The notes under the pieces are model-generated. The model was not told the origin of the DNA. It worked only from the letters and a program-made list of their open reading frames with translations, and did not search any database. Positions 37,091 through 50,941 of a stretch of 64,000 nt of DNA are shown here, in pieces. Every line of letters starts with the position of its first letter. Within the stretch, counting starts at the first letter, position 1. Position numbers and translations under genes: made by a program. Source of the stretch: Paraspadella gotoi (taxonomy: Eukaryota; Animalia; Chaetognatha); the NCBI GenBank assembly GCA_051294375.1, contig CM119267.1, forward strand, positions 21,521,755-21,585,754. Reading direction: 5' to 3'.

Positions 37091-38416
37091 CTAAAAATGG
37101 TAGTATTAAGGAACGACATCTACTTAATTAAACATTACTTAATTTGAAGAGGCAGTGTATGTATTTCATCTCTCTCGCGTCAAACCAGACGTGCACCAAA
37201 GAAAATGTTCTTTTTCATCAAAATTCCTCAACGAAATCTAAATTATTCTATAATATTATCATTATTCCATAATTATTCCATTCTAAATTATTCCATAACC
37301 GTCAGGGATTATATCGAGTTCCATTCAAATTGCTTATCTCGCCGTCCGTCTGTGTCGCTGCTATTTTTACTTTACTCAATTTTACGTTAGGATTATAATT
37401 TTTCATACGTTTTTTTTTTTTTTTTTTTTTTGTTTGTAAATCCGTTACTAAGTTCGCGTTAAACAAGGTAGCTATCAAAAAAAGCAAAAAGCGAAAAATT
37501 AGAAAAAGAAAACAAATGGTTTTTTTTTTGTGTTTTTCGATTCTAATTCCATTTTTATTTCCTTTCTATCCTTTCTTTTAAATTTCCTGTTTTCACTTTA
37601 TTTAAAAATTTTTTTTCCAATTTGATATTTTCAAAGTGACGCCCAGCGCCACGGACTTTCGGAAGTTCGGAACGGATCGCCGGTAAACCGTGAAGTCTTT
37701 TTCATAACTTTTCTTATGTCTTCGGTTTACCGAACGTTTGATAGATTTTAATTTTTATCTACGATACATTTTAGCAGTCTGTTTAGCATCACTGTGTTGC
37801 CTTTGATCTGCCCCTCCCTCAGGTTTTATTTGAAACGATAAAAAGAACCAGGTGAAGATTAGTAAAAGCCAATTCCGAGAGGGAAAGGTACCCAAAACGT
37901 AAGATGGAACTAAAGGAAAATACAAAACTTTTAATTATTGAACTATCACCCTTGGCTTCTTTCATTTCTTCATGGGGGTTCGTGGCACGTGTATAAAGCT
38001 ATACCATTGCGAATCCCCACCTTTTGGTTCGCGCCCCCGGGGTGAGGTTTTTTTTTATATTAGATGGGTTGGTTAAACGAAACCCACTGGAGTCAGCTTG
38101 AACTGCTCAGAAGCTTATAATAGTTATAACTAATTATAATAAATTAATTAATGGAGGGTAAATTTAAGCTTCATTCTTCTGAAAGCCTAAAAATAAATCA
38201 CAGAAAATTGGGATTTACTCGTGAAGACAAAAAAAAAATGGAGGCCTCCGTAAACTTGAGTCTCGGAAGGAAACTCTCGCCTGGAATGGGATCCGAGAAA
38301 AAAGAAAAATCCATGAATAATTAATTAAGGAGAAAATAAGGGGAAAAAGTAAAGGATCAGGTCGAGAGGAAATAAAAGATAAAGGAGACCGAACGGAGCA
38401 CCTGAGAAAAACCCAA

Positions 38417-38680
38417 TCAAGTTTTGGAGTGACCGAGAAAAGAGAGGGTCGCCATGCGTCTCTCTGAGTGTGGATAGGCCTCACACTTAATGTGCCCAAA
38501 GGGTGTGGGGGATTTTTCCGTCAGTTGCGTAGCTTTCGGGAACATCGGACCTGACGGAAGGCTTGCTACCGGTGGTTTAACAGACCCGTCACTCTTTTGG
38601 CAAGGACTGTTCCGACCAGGGTAGGATCCCGGGACCATCGACTATGGAGATGAAGCGTCAGGTCAGTGCGCTATTACGTC
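38417..38680 (-). mobile_element. Probable tRNA-derived SINE
   Basis: The minus strand begins with a tRNA-like head (TAGCGCACTG...GGTCCCGGGATCCTACCC) followed by a GC-rich non-coding body. Confidence 0.35.
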
Positions 38681-40131
38681 GCTGATAGAACAGTCGTATC
38701 CAACGGGTTATTGATAATATTACGTCACTACAGTTTCTCATTTTCTCGTTTTTTCTATTTTTTGTTAATATTTCACGACCAATTTTATTTGGCATGCAAT
38801 AGTCTTTTTTTTTCAGGTTCTTTCAAAACAAATTCTATATCAGTTTAAAATCATTTCTCTAATTTTAATCTTTGTTACCTTAAATAATAAATAATCGTTT
38901 CATTCACACTTTCACTCAATTTACTCAATTCTTTCACTTCCATTTCCTCACCGATGGTACTCCTAAAAAAGTCTACAGCAACAAAGGCAAAACCTTTTTC
39001 GTGCATCTTTTGCTTCGCGGCTTCGATCATAATTTTTCTGACGGTAGAGGGCGAAGCGCAAACGAAGACAACGCGCGCGCTTTTGAACGAAGAGAAAAGG
39101 GAAAATAAAATAAATAAAAGAGCAACAATTTTTTTTATGTAACGGAATATACTATAAAATTAAGTTTTTAAAAAAACTTCTTGCATATAAGTTTTTGGAG
39201 AGAAAAATTATCCGTACTCTCTTTTTGAATCATAATAAAACTACAATTTATATTCGTAATTTACAATAAACCTGAGCGCTATTTTCCTCAGGAGATCTCC
39301 GTAGTCGACCGGCTTCTTTTCGTTAAATGTGACCGAGACCGGGAGAAAGCCGATCCGACTCCCGTAGTAGAGACGAAAAGCTTGAAGGATGTGCCAGCAC
39401 TGCCGAAGGGACGGGGGGGGGGGAATCGAAAGCTTGGTGGATCGACTGAACTGATAGCTTTGAATATTTAATGTCTGGGTAGAGTTGAATAGTTTAAAAA
39501 AATAGAAAAAATGAACTTCTCTTGTTGATAATCATTAACTCTCTCTATTTGTGAAAGAGTTTCTTCTCTTCACGCCCAAAAAAAAAGAAAAAAACGACAA
39601 GTGTTTTTGAAGCTTATTCTTTAATACTTTATTGGCGATTATTTAGTACAGTAATACTTCTAAAAAGCCGAGGAAATTGACTTTCAGACGGGCCGACGAT
39701 TATCTGCTTTGGTTTTTATAAAGAGAGACCATTTCCTAATTTTTGAGTTCTAGAAACCAGTACAAAAAATTAAAAAGAAACCAGTGTCCATAAAATATCT
39801 GGCCCGAAACTCAACGCATTCTCAGAGAGAAAAAGGGGGAAAGAGAGCGAGATATTACTTTTTCTACACTATTAACTAATTGTAAGCTTTAACTCGAAAA
39901 AAGTTTATTCAATTCCCTTCGAGCCTGAAAAAATTAATGTTTAAAAAAGGAAACACCAAAATTAAATCAACTCGATAGTTCAATTTTCGAATCTTGAAAA
40001 CTATCTCGATCGAAAAAAAAAAAAATAGTTTCACGTCGCGACGAAACTCAAAGGTCGATTATCTCTCTGTCTCTGTCTCTCTCTGTGTATCTCAACAGTC
40101 AAAAATTAAAGCGTCCAAAAACACCGGCACA

Positions 40132-41658
40132 ATGCTTTACGGTCGTCCGTGGTCTTCCTACTTCGGCCTCTTCATCTACATCATCGTCTTCATTCCGCTC
40201 TTCCACATCTTCGAGCTTTGCCGTCGCCTCGCCGACGCCCTCTTTCCGCGAAGCCACGCCCACGACGTCGTGGACGTGAGACGCGTACTCTGGATCCCGT
40301 ACACGCGCGTGCTCCTGCCTGAATTGCGCGCGTTACACGTCCACTCGAGGTACGAGAATGCGCTGGATTTTGCGTGGCGCGATCCTTGCGTGCATTTGTA
40401 CGGCGTCTCGGAAGAAGGGGCTACTTTCGTTCGGACTAAAGGAGGTTTGACGAATCTTTGTGTTTTTCTTAATTTGTTTTTGTTTTTGTTTGTTTTTGGC
40501 TTTGTTTATTGAAGTACTTGAGTGCCCTGGAATCGAAAACGTAAAATTACTAAAACCTCGCCTTTTTAAATGTATTAAGATCTTTTTTAACTACGTAAAA
40601 TTGTTCAAATTTCTATTGTGGTCGTTTAATCACAAAATCCACACAGTTCATGACGTACCTACACCACTCCTCACAATCAGGTCTAGAAATCTTCGACTCC
40701 TCGACTCGATCCTTCATGTGTGATTCCATCCACGACTTCGCCATCGAATTCGGCGTCGTTCCGCTCCAACCTTTCCAACGCCTCGTCGACAAAGCGCCGT
40801 CACTGTCCAACGCCCGCGCTGACGCTGCCCAAGCGGCGCCGTCGTCACCGCGCGTCGTCTTCGTCGGCATCCAGGCCCGCAGCGGGTCGACCCTGGTCTG
40901 TCAGCACTTCGAGGAGATCGACGGCGCGGTCGTCCTAAACCAACCCAAAGTCCTTCTCGATATTTTCAATCTTGTCGTCGACGATTGGCCTTCCGCCATC
41001 GATCTTCTCCAAGCCTGCCTCCTTTGCCTGGCCAAACCCTTGTGGAGTGGTTCCTCCGTGTTGATCATCAAACTGGGCGTCAGAGAGACCTATTTGCTGA
41101 AAGACGTGTTGGACGCGCGGGAGACTCTGCCCTTCGAGACGGCCTTTCTCTTCACCTACCGCCATCCCATAGCCGGCGTCAAGTCCAGCGTCCGCACAGC
41201 CACGCAGCTGCTGACCGACTCCTTCGGGCTCGCCGGGCAACTTCCGATTCTGCGACGCTGGCTTCCGGACGTCATCACCTCGCGCGGGAAGAGTTTCTCG
41301 CCGATTTTCGAGCGAGGACTCGAGCGCCTCGTCGACGACGATGAAAGATGGCGTCGAAGTTTCGCCTGGATACAAAAACTGGACTTTAGTGCGAAGGATT
41401 TGGAGTTCCTGACGCTGGCGGGTATAGGCGGCGGCAGTAGCGGCGGCGGCGGCGAGCGTGTCGTCGGCCTGGGAAAGACGTCAGTTTCCTCATTCTTCTT
41501 CTGTTGGCATTTGTGTTCGTTGTTGGCTTTGCGCGAGTTGAGGAGGAAAACGCTGTATCGAGACGCCGTCCTGCCAATTTCGTTACGAGGAGTTTGTATC
41601 GGACCCTTCCATTGTGAGGACGAGGATCCTTCCATTTTGCGGGTGAGTTATAAAGTCT

Positions 41659-41694
<36 letters not shown>

Positions 41695-41916
41695 ACAATT
41701 CAGTTTTCTCAGGTTAAACACGGGACGGCCACGAAAGGCTCGGACGCGTTGACTCGCGACTCCCAAAGAAACAGTCCGATCGCCAACGAGTGGATGAAGC
41801 GGCAGCACCGGACGAGCTTCTCCAAAGCCGATTGGGACAAACTGGACGAAATCGTCAAGATGGCGGGCATCGCGGAATCGATATTCGACGACATAAAAGA
41901 TTACAAATTGTTTTAG
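40132..41916 (+). CDS. Sulfotransferase-fold (PAPS-binding P-loop) protein with N-terminal membrane anchor (exons 40132-40444, 40681-41642, 41713-41916)
   Basis: VVFVGIQARSGSTLVCQ (5'-PSB-like loop), FLFTYRHP...S (3'-PB-like), ISYEEF..DP and RDSQ.NS motifs, plus a hydrophobic N-terminus. Small frameshifts near 41583 and 41725; copy B is in frame at the first site. Confidence 0.75.
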
Positions 41917-42164
41917 ATTTTTTAAAAGGCATGTCAAGGATTTTATTTTTTTTTCGACTTCAGCATTTAAAATCTAAGTTTGTCCTTATTTTTATTCAAT
42001 GCCGTCTGTGTTTTCACCGGATTGTTACAAAGAGAAATGTTTCATCACAAAGGATTTGCCTTTATTTTATAAACTCTGCTAATGATTGGTTTCAATTCGA
42101 AATTTCCTTCTCCGTTCTTTTCTTTGCTCCAAGTCTTTCGTCCGACATTCCGAGGTCAGGAACA

Positions 42165-42596
42165 TCAGCGCGGCTTTCCTGCTAGGAAGATGGCCAGAGC
42201 AGCGCCGCCCACCGCTGTCACCGAAAACTCCGTCACCGCCGCCGCGCCGTTAAATCCCGGGGCCATGTCGCATTGCGCCTTCGTGAGATGTTCGGATCCC
42301 CCAACTTCGCATTTACTTATGTATGTATTGTGGCACTGTGAGACGCATTGGCCCAATTGGTTGCCTTTGGGAGTTAAACGTAAAAAAAAAAATTTTAACA
42401 GCCATCCGTGATTGCATGGTTGCGGGGATTTCAAATAATTAAGTTTTTGACGGGATCGCTCACCGAATTGGTCTGTGGCCAGGCAGCAGGCGTCGATCTG
42501 CTTGCCTAGGCCTGCGCAATCTTGTCCGCTTGTGCAATCAAAATTGGCATCGACGGATAAAAAGAAGAAAAAACCAATAACTAGTAGACGCAGCAT
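42165..42596 (-). CDS. Small secreted 8-Cys protein with C-terminal hydrophobic (GPI-like) tail (exons 42596-42464, 42364-42165)
   Basis: Signal peptide MLRLLVIGFFFFLSVDA, eight Cys including a CC pair, and tail NGAAAVTEFSVTAVGGAALAIFLAGKPR*. One 99-nt GT-AG intron. Confidence 0.72.
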   Translation of the reverse strand: MLRLLVIGFFFFLSVDANFDCTSGQDCAGLGKQIDACCLATDQFGERSRQKLNYLKSPQPCNHGWLLKFFFLRLTPKGNQLGQCVSQCHNTYISKCEVGGSEHLTKAQCDMAPGFNGAAAVTEFSVTAVGGAALAIFLAGKPR

Positions 42597-43199
42597 TCTT
42601 CGTTTTTTCGTCGGCTTATTATTATTATTTTTGTTTTTGTTTTTTTTATAACGAAAATTTTCGAGAGAGAGAGAGAGAGAAAGTCCTAAGGACCTAACAC
42701 AAGGTTCGGATGAAAACTAGCGACTGGTTTTAACTTTAACTTTTGTTTTTTGTCGTATGTTGTGTACAAATTAATGAAACGAATGGAAAAAGAAAGTTTC
42801 CAAGGATTTCACAAGCCATCGTGAAATGTGCTCGCGAAAAAAAAAGTAATACTGGCTTCCACAATACAAAGGTTTCTCTGGATTGTAAGAACGAAAAATT
42901 ATAAAGAATAAAATATAAAAAAAAATGTTTTAAAAACAAGTTTTAGTAAGCAATGACGGATCTACCCATGATCTTTTAGGGGTAAGCATCTAATCAGAAA
43001 AGTAATAATTAATCTTGCAATCTTTTTTATTTAATATAATTTACTATTAATATTTATAATAAATATTTTTATTCTGAATTGCCTCCCTCTTAAAAAAAGA
43101 AAATCAAAATTTAATAGTGTAATATCATTTCTGTTTTTTCTATTTTACTAAAATTTGATTTCCATCTTGATCACTCACGTTTTTACCCACACACAAAAT

Positions 43200-43395
43200 T
43201 TTCAATCGATTGCCCACTTATGAGTAAATGGGGGTTCAAAGCTAAGGTGAGACGGATATACGAAAGGACGGACAAACAAAAACAGACAATCGATGATCTG
43301 ACATCAAAGATTTTAGGGTGGGACCGACGGACCGACGGACCGACACAGTGGATTATAGAGCCGGAATTTGCTGTTTCAGCCGAACAGTCAAAAAA
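43200..43395 (-). mobile_element. HINE-like element (also present in copy B at ~58890-59085)
   Basis: The minus strand starts TTTTTGACTG...GGCTCTATAATCCACTGTGTCGGTCCGTCGGTCCGTCGGTCC, the same layout as the element at 16064. Confidence 0.5.
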
Positions 43396-43859
43396 CCAGA
43401 TTTAGAGACCTTGTTGTCGACGCTGTCCTTCGCCTGGTGACTCAGGATGCCGATCGTTCGCCATCCATAATGTTCTATAAATTTGAAGAAAAAAGCGGAG
43501 ATTTTACGGAGAGAGGCCAACATCCGGGTAAGGTCACCAAATCTGTTGCGGGTAAGTGGACGGAGAGAGAGATAGGGGGGGAGTGGGAGGGGAGGATAAA
43601 GAATAAATGAGCATCGATTTCTTAAGGTCTAGAGAGATTCTGTTTATCACTGTTTATCTCGAGTGGATCGGCGCTTTTTGACCTGTGTGTTCCGATTGAG
43701 AACGTTTGACCCTTTTCCCTCCTTTCCCCCTCCCAACCCGCCCCCCCCCCCGCAAAATGGTTTCCGTTTGACCTTCTTGGCTTCTTCCTTAGGACCAACA
43801 GCCCCCCTCACAATCCTCCATCTTCGTGAATATACCGCCACATAAGCTTGTTTAAAACT

Positions 43860-44587
43860 ATTGGATATATTATATATTGGTTGTATCAATTCTTTAGAAT
43901 TCAGCTCCTGTTTTTTCGATGCTAGGCGGAGGACAATATAGTATTCCCGGATCTAATACTTAAGCGCGTTGTCTTTTCATACAATTGAAACATTCTTTGA
44001 ACATTCATTGATGGGACAGCCAGGTACTCTGGTGAAAGAACCCTCCTCGACCTAGCGGAGAGGAGAAGACGTCGCGAGAGAAACTGGACTAAAGACCGCG
44101 ACCGCTGGCGCCGTAAAGTTATAAGTTTCTTATCCCTACTTGATATTAATGGGTACCTTAATAAAATAATTCAAAGCATATAGATATTCATACAGACAAT
44201 AATAATAATCAAACAATAATCTACCAACAATAAATAAAAAATACAGAACACAAGTGATCGCAGAAAAAACACGGAGTAATTATGTAAAAGAAAACACAGA
44301 AGCTGTCCAAACGTCTATTTAGTCTGAAGAGTCTGATCCAAATGTCGAATTCCGAATGATCACAAGAAATGGACAGTGAGCCGAAAGTCAATATCTCTCT
44401 TAACCGGGAGGCAAAAAGAGCATCTGGGTTACGGTCGTCTGGACTTTACACTGGAGTTAATAAACGAGACTGTGAGAGTGTCTGACCTGCTTGTCATTAT
44501 CTTGTAAGTTTGATGGAGGCCTTCAACCACCAGAGCTTGTTTATTAAATGAATGAATAATTTTTATATTGGTTGTACCAATTTCATA
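43860..44587. mobile_element. Dispersed repeat family member bounded by TATATTGGTTGTA(T/C)CAATT motifs
   Basis: The motif occurs at ~43873 and ~44564, and inverted at ~18208 and ~23140. The internal piece ctgg(g)agttaataaac(t)agactgtg recurs at ~32886. Confidence 0.5.
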
Positions 44588-45004
44588 TAAACTGTCAAAT
44601 ATCGACGACAAATGTACGGCGAAGGTATTTTTTTTCCCCTCTTCTTCCTTTTCTTATCCTCAGCTTTTGGTTTACCTTATCCACATTCTTCCCAACACGG
44701 CCCGCTCCATCCCTCCCCCCTCTCTCCACCTTTCAAACACCTCCGTCAAACTACTCACTCATCTTTGTCGACGAAAGCGTCGGCCCACCCTCCGGGAGAC
44801 ATGATGGAATACGCCAGGATTTGAAGAATCTGTTTAAAAAAAAAGAGGAAAACAAAGATGCGATCGATCACGTCGCTATGGTTACGGTGTCATGGATTCG
44901 CTTGTTAGTTATATATTATTTTCTTTTATTTTTCTAATTGAATTTATGGTTGGGTCTGGTCCGAATCTAGAGAACGGGAGGAAATGGAAACGGCAAAAAA
45001 AAAA

Positions 45005-45072
<68 letters not shown>

Positions 45073-45550
45073 CGAGAGCAAGAGCGAGAGAGATCTTTCG
45101 ATTTCGTGATCCAGATGGGATTTCGTCATAAAAAGTAAATGTTGGTTCCAACGAAATTAATCCCGCGAGAATTTCGAATGAGGGTTCAACTAATCAAAAA
45201 TCTCTCGGCCTTTTATCCCCACGAATATAAACTCCTCACAAAGTTAATATTTTTATTACGATTCGCCATTTTGGATTTTTTTTAGTTCGTCGTTTCATCT
45301 CAATTCACAATATCTCAGACTCATGATGGCCATCGCTAGGTTTATTCCAAATGTAGGAGACATTTGTGACCAGTCCTTGAAGCTTTAGTCCGAGTGACGA
45401 TCGCCTTGACGTCGTCGTCGTCGTCGTCGTCTCAACTTTTTCCCCTGTCTACTTCGTAGTATCCCGTAAATCTGACCGTCGTTGTTTATGGTTTGTTCGC
45501 AGCGTCTCTGTCTCTGACTGTGTCTTTGTCTCTCTCTCTACTCTCTCTCT

Positions 45551-45623
<73 letters not shown>

Positions 45624-45917
45624 TCATCATAGGGAATGTCGTTCGAATTCTGAATTTTTTTTTTAATTTTCGCAGAATTTTCTCAACAGGGTTTATAAAA
45701 TTTTCAGCCGATTATGAAAGTATCCTTATGCTTATTAACAACAAAGATCTGTTAATTATTCTTACTGAAAATCCTAATAAAAAAGAAGAAACAAACCAAT
45801 TGATATCCAGACAAAAAAGAATAAAAACTTTCCCATGACACCCATAAACTAATATCGATTCGCGTCTCACTTATGAGAGGAAAAGAAGGAAATTGAGCAA
45901 AAAATCCTTTTGATTAA

Positions 45918-45990
<73 letters not shown>

Positions 45991-47029
45991 CCAAGTCTGG
46001 AACCAAACAAGTTAATCGATTCCGTCCGGTTAGATTTCCATCTGTCCAACGATTTGCGATAAAAGTCATCAACTCATCATCGTAAAATCTAAAAAGCGGA
46101 AAGATGAGAGAGAATTTATGTTTTATTGTTTTTAAATAAAAATAAATTAGCACAAGTTAGGGAAATGATGTTGACGTGGACCAAAGCAATGACAAAGAAC
46201 AATGCCGATCTATACGCTTGGAGCTTAGAATGTTTATCTCTCATTTCATAGTCATCAGAATCAGCATCATCACTTAACTGGAATACAGATTTAAGATATA
46301 ACAACTTGTGAACATCTTCCGTTTAAAACGTATCAACAAGCCGGAGTCAAGTTGTTTAAAGTTTTTATATATACTATATACTAATATACTAAAAAAAGTC
46401 CTTTGTGGCGGAACTATTAGAAGGTAAAAAATAGAAAAGGACAACAGCGTGAAAAGAAAGAAACGAAGTTAAATTTATTTATCGAAAATATAATGAATCG
46501 GGACGTCGAGGTCAGCGTTCTTGTTATCAGACGAAGCCTGCAGCGACCCCAACCGGTCCCCGAAAGAGACGTGCGATGGAAGTTAGAGAGAAAAGACGAG
46601 ACTTTCTCCTAGAATCAATGATAATCAATAATCAGTAAGTCGAATTCATCCATCCAATCGTTCTCAGCAAGAAGTTGAATTTCGTTTTAAATCAAAGGGA
46701 ATCGTTTAATCGTTTATAATCATTGGGCGGGCCAATCGGCCAAGGTCACAGCTATAAAAATAATCTCAAGTACAGTACAAATAATCACTATTGTACAAAC
46801 GCGAAATAGTACAACGAAATATCGGAGGGTGACAAAAGGGTGACAAAAGTTTTACGCAATAATTTCATTTGTCTTTGGTTTTTCATCTCATTCTTATCTG
46901 TTGACTTTTTCTTCGGTCCTTTCTCTTAGTCTCTTTCCCCGCCTTTTCTCCTTCCATTTTTCCCAAATTCTCTCATACCGACCCAGACTGAGATCTCTCT
47001 CTTTNNNNNNNNNNNNNNNNNNNNNNNNN

Positions 47030-48154
47030 TCTTTGAATTCAGCTCCTTGTTTTCCGATGCTAGGGCGGAGGACAATATAGTATTCCCGGATCTAATACTT
47101 AAGCGCGTTGTCTTTTCATACAATTGAAACATTCTTTGAACATTCATTGATGGGACAGCCAGGTACTCTGGTGAAAGAATCCCCTCCTCGACCTAGCGGA
47201 GAGGGAGAAGACGTCGCGAGAGAAACTGGACTAAAGACCGCGACCGCTGGCGCCGTAAAGTTTATAAGTTTCTTATCCACTTGGAGTCTTGATATTAATG
47301 GGTACCTTAATAAAATAATCAAAGCATATAGATATTCATACAGACAATAATAATAATCAAACAATAATGCTACCAACAATAAATAAAAATAACAGAACAC
47401 AAGTGATCGCAGAAGAAACACGGAGTAATTATGTAAAAGCACAGAAGCTGTCCAAACGTCTATTTAGTCTGAAGAGTCTGATCCAAATGTCGAATCCCGA
47501 ATGATCACAAGAAATGGACAGTGAGCCGAAAGTCAATATCTCTCTTAACCGGGAGGCAAAAAGAGCATCTGGGTTACGGTCGTCTGGACTTTACACTGGG
47601 AGTTAATAAACGAGACTGTGAGAGTGTCTGACCTGCTCTGTCATTATCTTGTAAGTTTGATGGAGGCCTTATACCACCAGAGCTTGTTTATTAAATGAAT
47701 GAATAATTTTTATATTGGTTGTACCAATTTCATATAAACTGTCAAATATCGACGACAAATGTACGGCGAAGGTATTTTTTTCCCCTCTTCTTCCTTTTCT
47801 TATCCTCAGCTTTTGGTTTACCTTCCCACATTCTTCCCCAACACGGCCCGCTCCATCCCTCCCCCCTCTCTCCACCTTTCAAACACCTCCGTCAAACTAC
47901 TCACTCATCTTTGTCGACGAAAGCGTCGGCCCACCCTCCGGGAGACATGATGGGAATACGCCAGAATTTGAAGAATCTGTTTAAAAAAAAAGAGGAAAAC
48001 AAAGATGGCGATCGATCACGTCGCTATGGTTACGGTGTCATGGATTCGCTTGTTAGTTATATATTATTTTCCTTTTATTTTTCTAATTGAATTTATGGTT
48101 GGGTCTGGTCCGAATCTAGAGAACGGGAGGAAATGGAAACGGCAAAAAAAAAAA

Positions 48155-48208
<54 letters not shown>

Positions 48209-48666
48209 CGAGAGCAAGAGCGAGAGAGATCTTCGATTTCGTGATCCAGATGGGATTTCGTCATAAAAAGTAAATGTGGTTCCAACGAAATTAATCCCGC
48301 GAGAATTTCGAATGAGGGTTCAACTAATCAAAAATCTCTCGGCCTTTTATCCCCACGAATATAAACTCCTCACAAAGTTAATATTTTTATTACGATTCGC
48401 CATTTTGGATTTTTTTTAGTTCGTCGTTTCATCTCAATTTCACAATATCTCAGACTCATGATGGCCATCGCTAGGTTTATTCCAATTGTAGGAGACAGTT
48501 GTGACCAGTCCTTGAAGCTTTAGTCCGAGTGACGATCGCCTTGAGTCGTCGTCGTCGTCGTCGTCGTCGTCGTTCAACTTTTTCCCCTGTCTACTTCGTA
48601 GTATCCGTAAATCTTGACCGTCGTTGTTTATGGTTTTCGCAGCGTCTCTGTCTCTCTGTGTCTTTG

Positions 48667-48730
<64 letters not shown>

Positions 48731-49047
48731 CTCTCTCTGTCTCTCTCTCTCTCATCATAGGGAATGTCGTTTCGAATTCTGAATTTTTTTTTTTTAATTT
48801 CGCAGAATTTTCTCAACAGGGTTTATAAAATTTTCAGCCGATTATGAAAGTATCCTTATGCTTATTTAACAACAAAGATCTGTTTAATTATTCTTACTTG
48901 AAAATCCTAATAAAAAAGAAGAAACAAACCAATTGATATCCAGACAAAAAGAATAAAATCTTTCCCATGACACCCATAAACTAATATCGATTCGCGTCTC
49001 ACTTATGAGAGGAAAGAAAGGAAATTGAGCAAAAAAATCCTTTTGAT

Positions 49048-49122
<75 letters not shown>

Positions 49123-50869
49123 AGTCTGGAACCAACAAGTTAATCGATTCCGTCCGGTTAGATTTCCATCTGTTCAACGATTTCGATAAAAGTCATCAAC
49201 TCATCATCGTAAAATCTAAAAAGCGGAAAGATGAGAAGAGAATTTATGTTTTATTGTTTTTAAATAAAAATAAATTAGCAACAAGTTAGGGAAATGATGT
49301 TGACGTGGACCAAAGCAATGACAAAGAACAATGCCGATCTATACGCTTGGAGCTTAGAATGTTTATCTCTCATTTCATAGTCATCAGAATCAGCATCATC
49401 ACTTAACTGGAATACAGATTTAAGATATAAACAACTTGTGAACATCTTCCGTTTAAAACGGTATCAACAAGCCGGAGTCAAGTCAGTTTAAAGTTTTTAT
49501 ATATACTATATACTAAATACTAAAAAAAAGTCCTTTGTGGCGGAACTATTAGAAGGTAAAAAATAAAAGGACAACAGCGTGAAAAGAAAGAAACGAAGTT
49601 AAATTTATTTATCGAAAATATAATGATTCGGGACGTCGAGGTCAGCGTTCTTGTTATCAGACGAAGCCTGCAGCGACCCCAACCGGTCCCCGAAAGAGAC
49701 GTGCGATGGAAGTTAGAGAGAAAAGACGAGACTTTCTCTAGAATCAATGATAATCAATAATCAGTAAGTCGAATTCATCCATCCAATCTCGTTCTCAGCA
49801 AGAAGTTGAATTCGTTTTTAAATCAAAGGGAATCGTTTAATCGTTTTAAATCATTTATAATCATTGGGCGGGCCAATCGGCAAGGGTCACAGCTATAAAA
49901 ATAATCTCAAGTACAGTACAAATAATCACTATTGTACAAACGCGAAATAGTACAACGAAATATCGGAGGGTGACAAAAGGGTGACAAAAGTTTTTCACGC
50001 AATAATTTCATTTGTCTTTGGTTTCATCTCATTCTTATCTGTTGACTTTTTTCTTCGGTCCTTTCTCTTAGTCTCTTTCCCCGCCTTTTCTCCTTCCATT
50101 TTTCCCAAAATTCTCTCATATCGACCCAGACTGAGGTCGAAATTTTCCCAGAGTCAAAACTCGAAATTCGACTCGAATGACAATGAGAACGACGAAAACT
50201 CGAACGTCAAACGTCGCGCGAAAAGAGACGCAAAGCGAATGACAATGACTTTGAGTCATCGATAACAACGTGAGTGACAAACCGTCATCTTTGCTGACGA
50301 TGTTGTCACAAATGTAATGGCCAACTACTAGGAAGGAACAGAGGGAGCGAGGAGTCTCCAAGTGTCCCCAAATACTCCAATAGGTTTCACCGCGAAACGG
50401 CCGCTGACACCGACAAATTACCACAATAAAACCAACAGCGACGAGATCATAAAAACCTCGATTGCAAAATCACGGAATAATAAAAAAAATGGGAAAAAAA
50501 GCAAAGTGTTCCTCGTGTTATTCCCGATAATAAAGATAAGAACAAAAAGCTTGACGGAAGTCCAGATATTCGAGAGATTACAGCTCGAAAACGTTTGGTA
50601 TAATAAAAAATGGGAATATATATTATAACTAGGCTATTTCTCTTTCAATCGATATGAAAAATGAAAAATCTAAAGACACCCCTGTAATTGATACTTTTTG
50701 CATAACATGTTTATATATATATATTATTATATATTATCCGCGCCGGTTCTTTACAAAAAGAATTTTTTTTTCTTTCTTTTAATTTCTTGTTTCTTTCCCT
50801 TTTTGTTTGGGTTCGACGTTGCGATGTTTCTTTTTAAAAAGTGATGTGAGATGGAAAAAGAAAAAAACA

Positions 50870-50941
<72 letters not shown>

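Larger units (their letters stand above)
38805..47004 (+). repeat. Segmental duplication block, copy A (~8.2 kb)
   Basis: Near-identical to 54451-62715 along its length; ends at an N gap. Confidence 0.93.

Noticed and set aside
43368-43850. Plus-strand coding exons (DLVVDAVLRLVTQDADRSPS...)
   Set aside because: A good donor exists at ~43552, but there is no convincing start, downstream frame or recognisable family, and it abuts a repeat.
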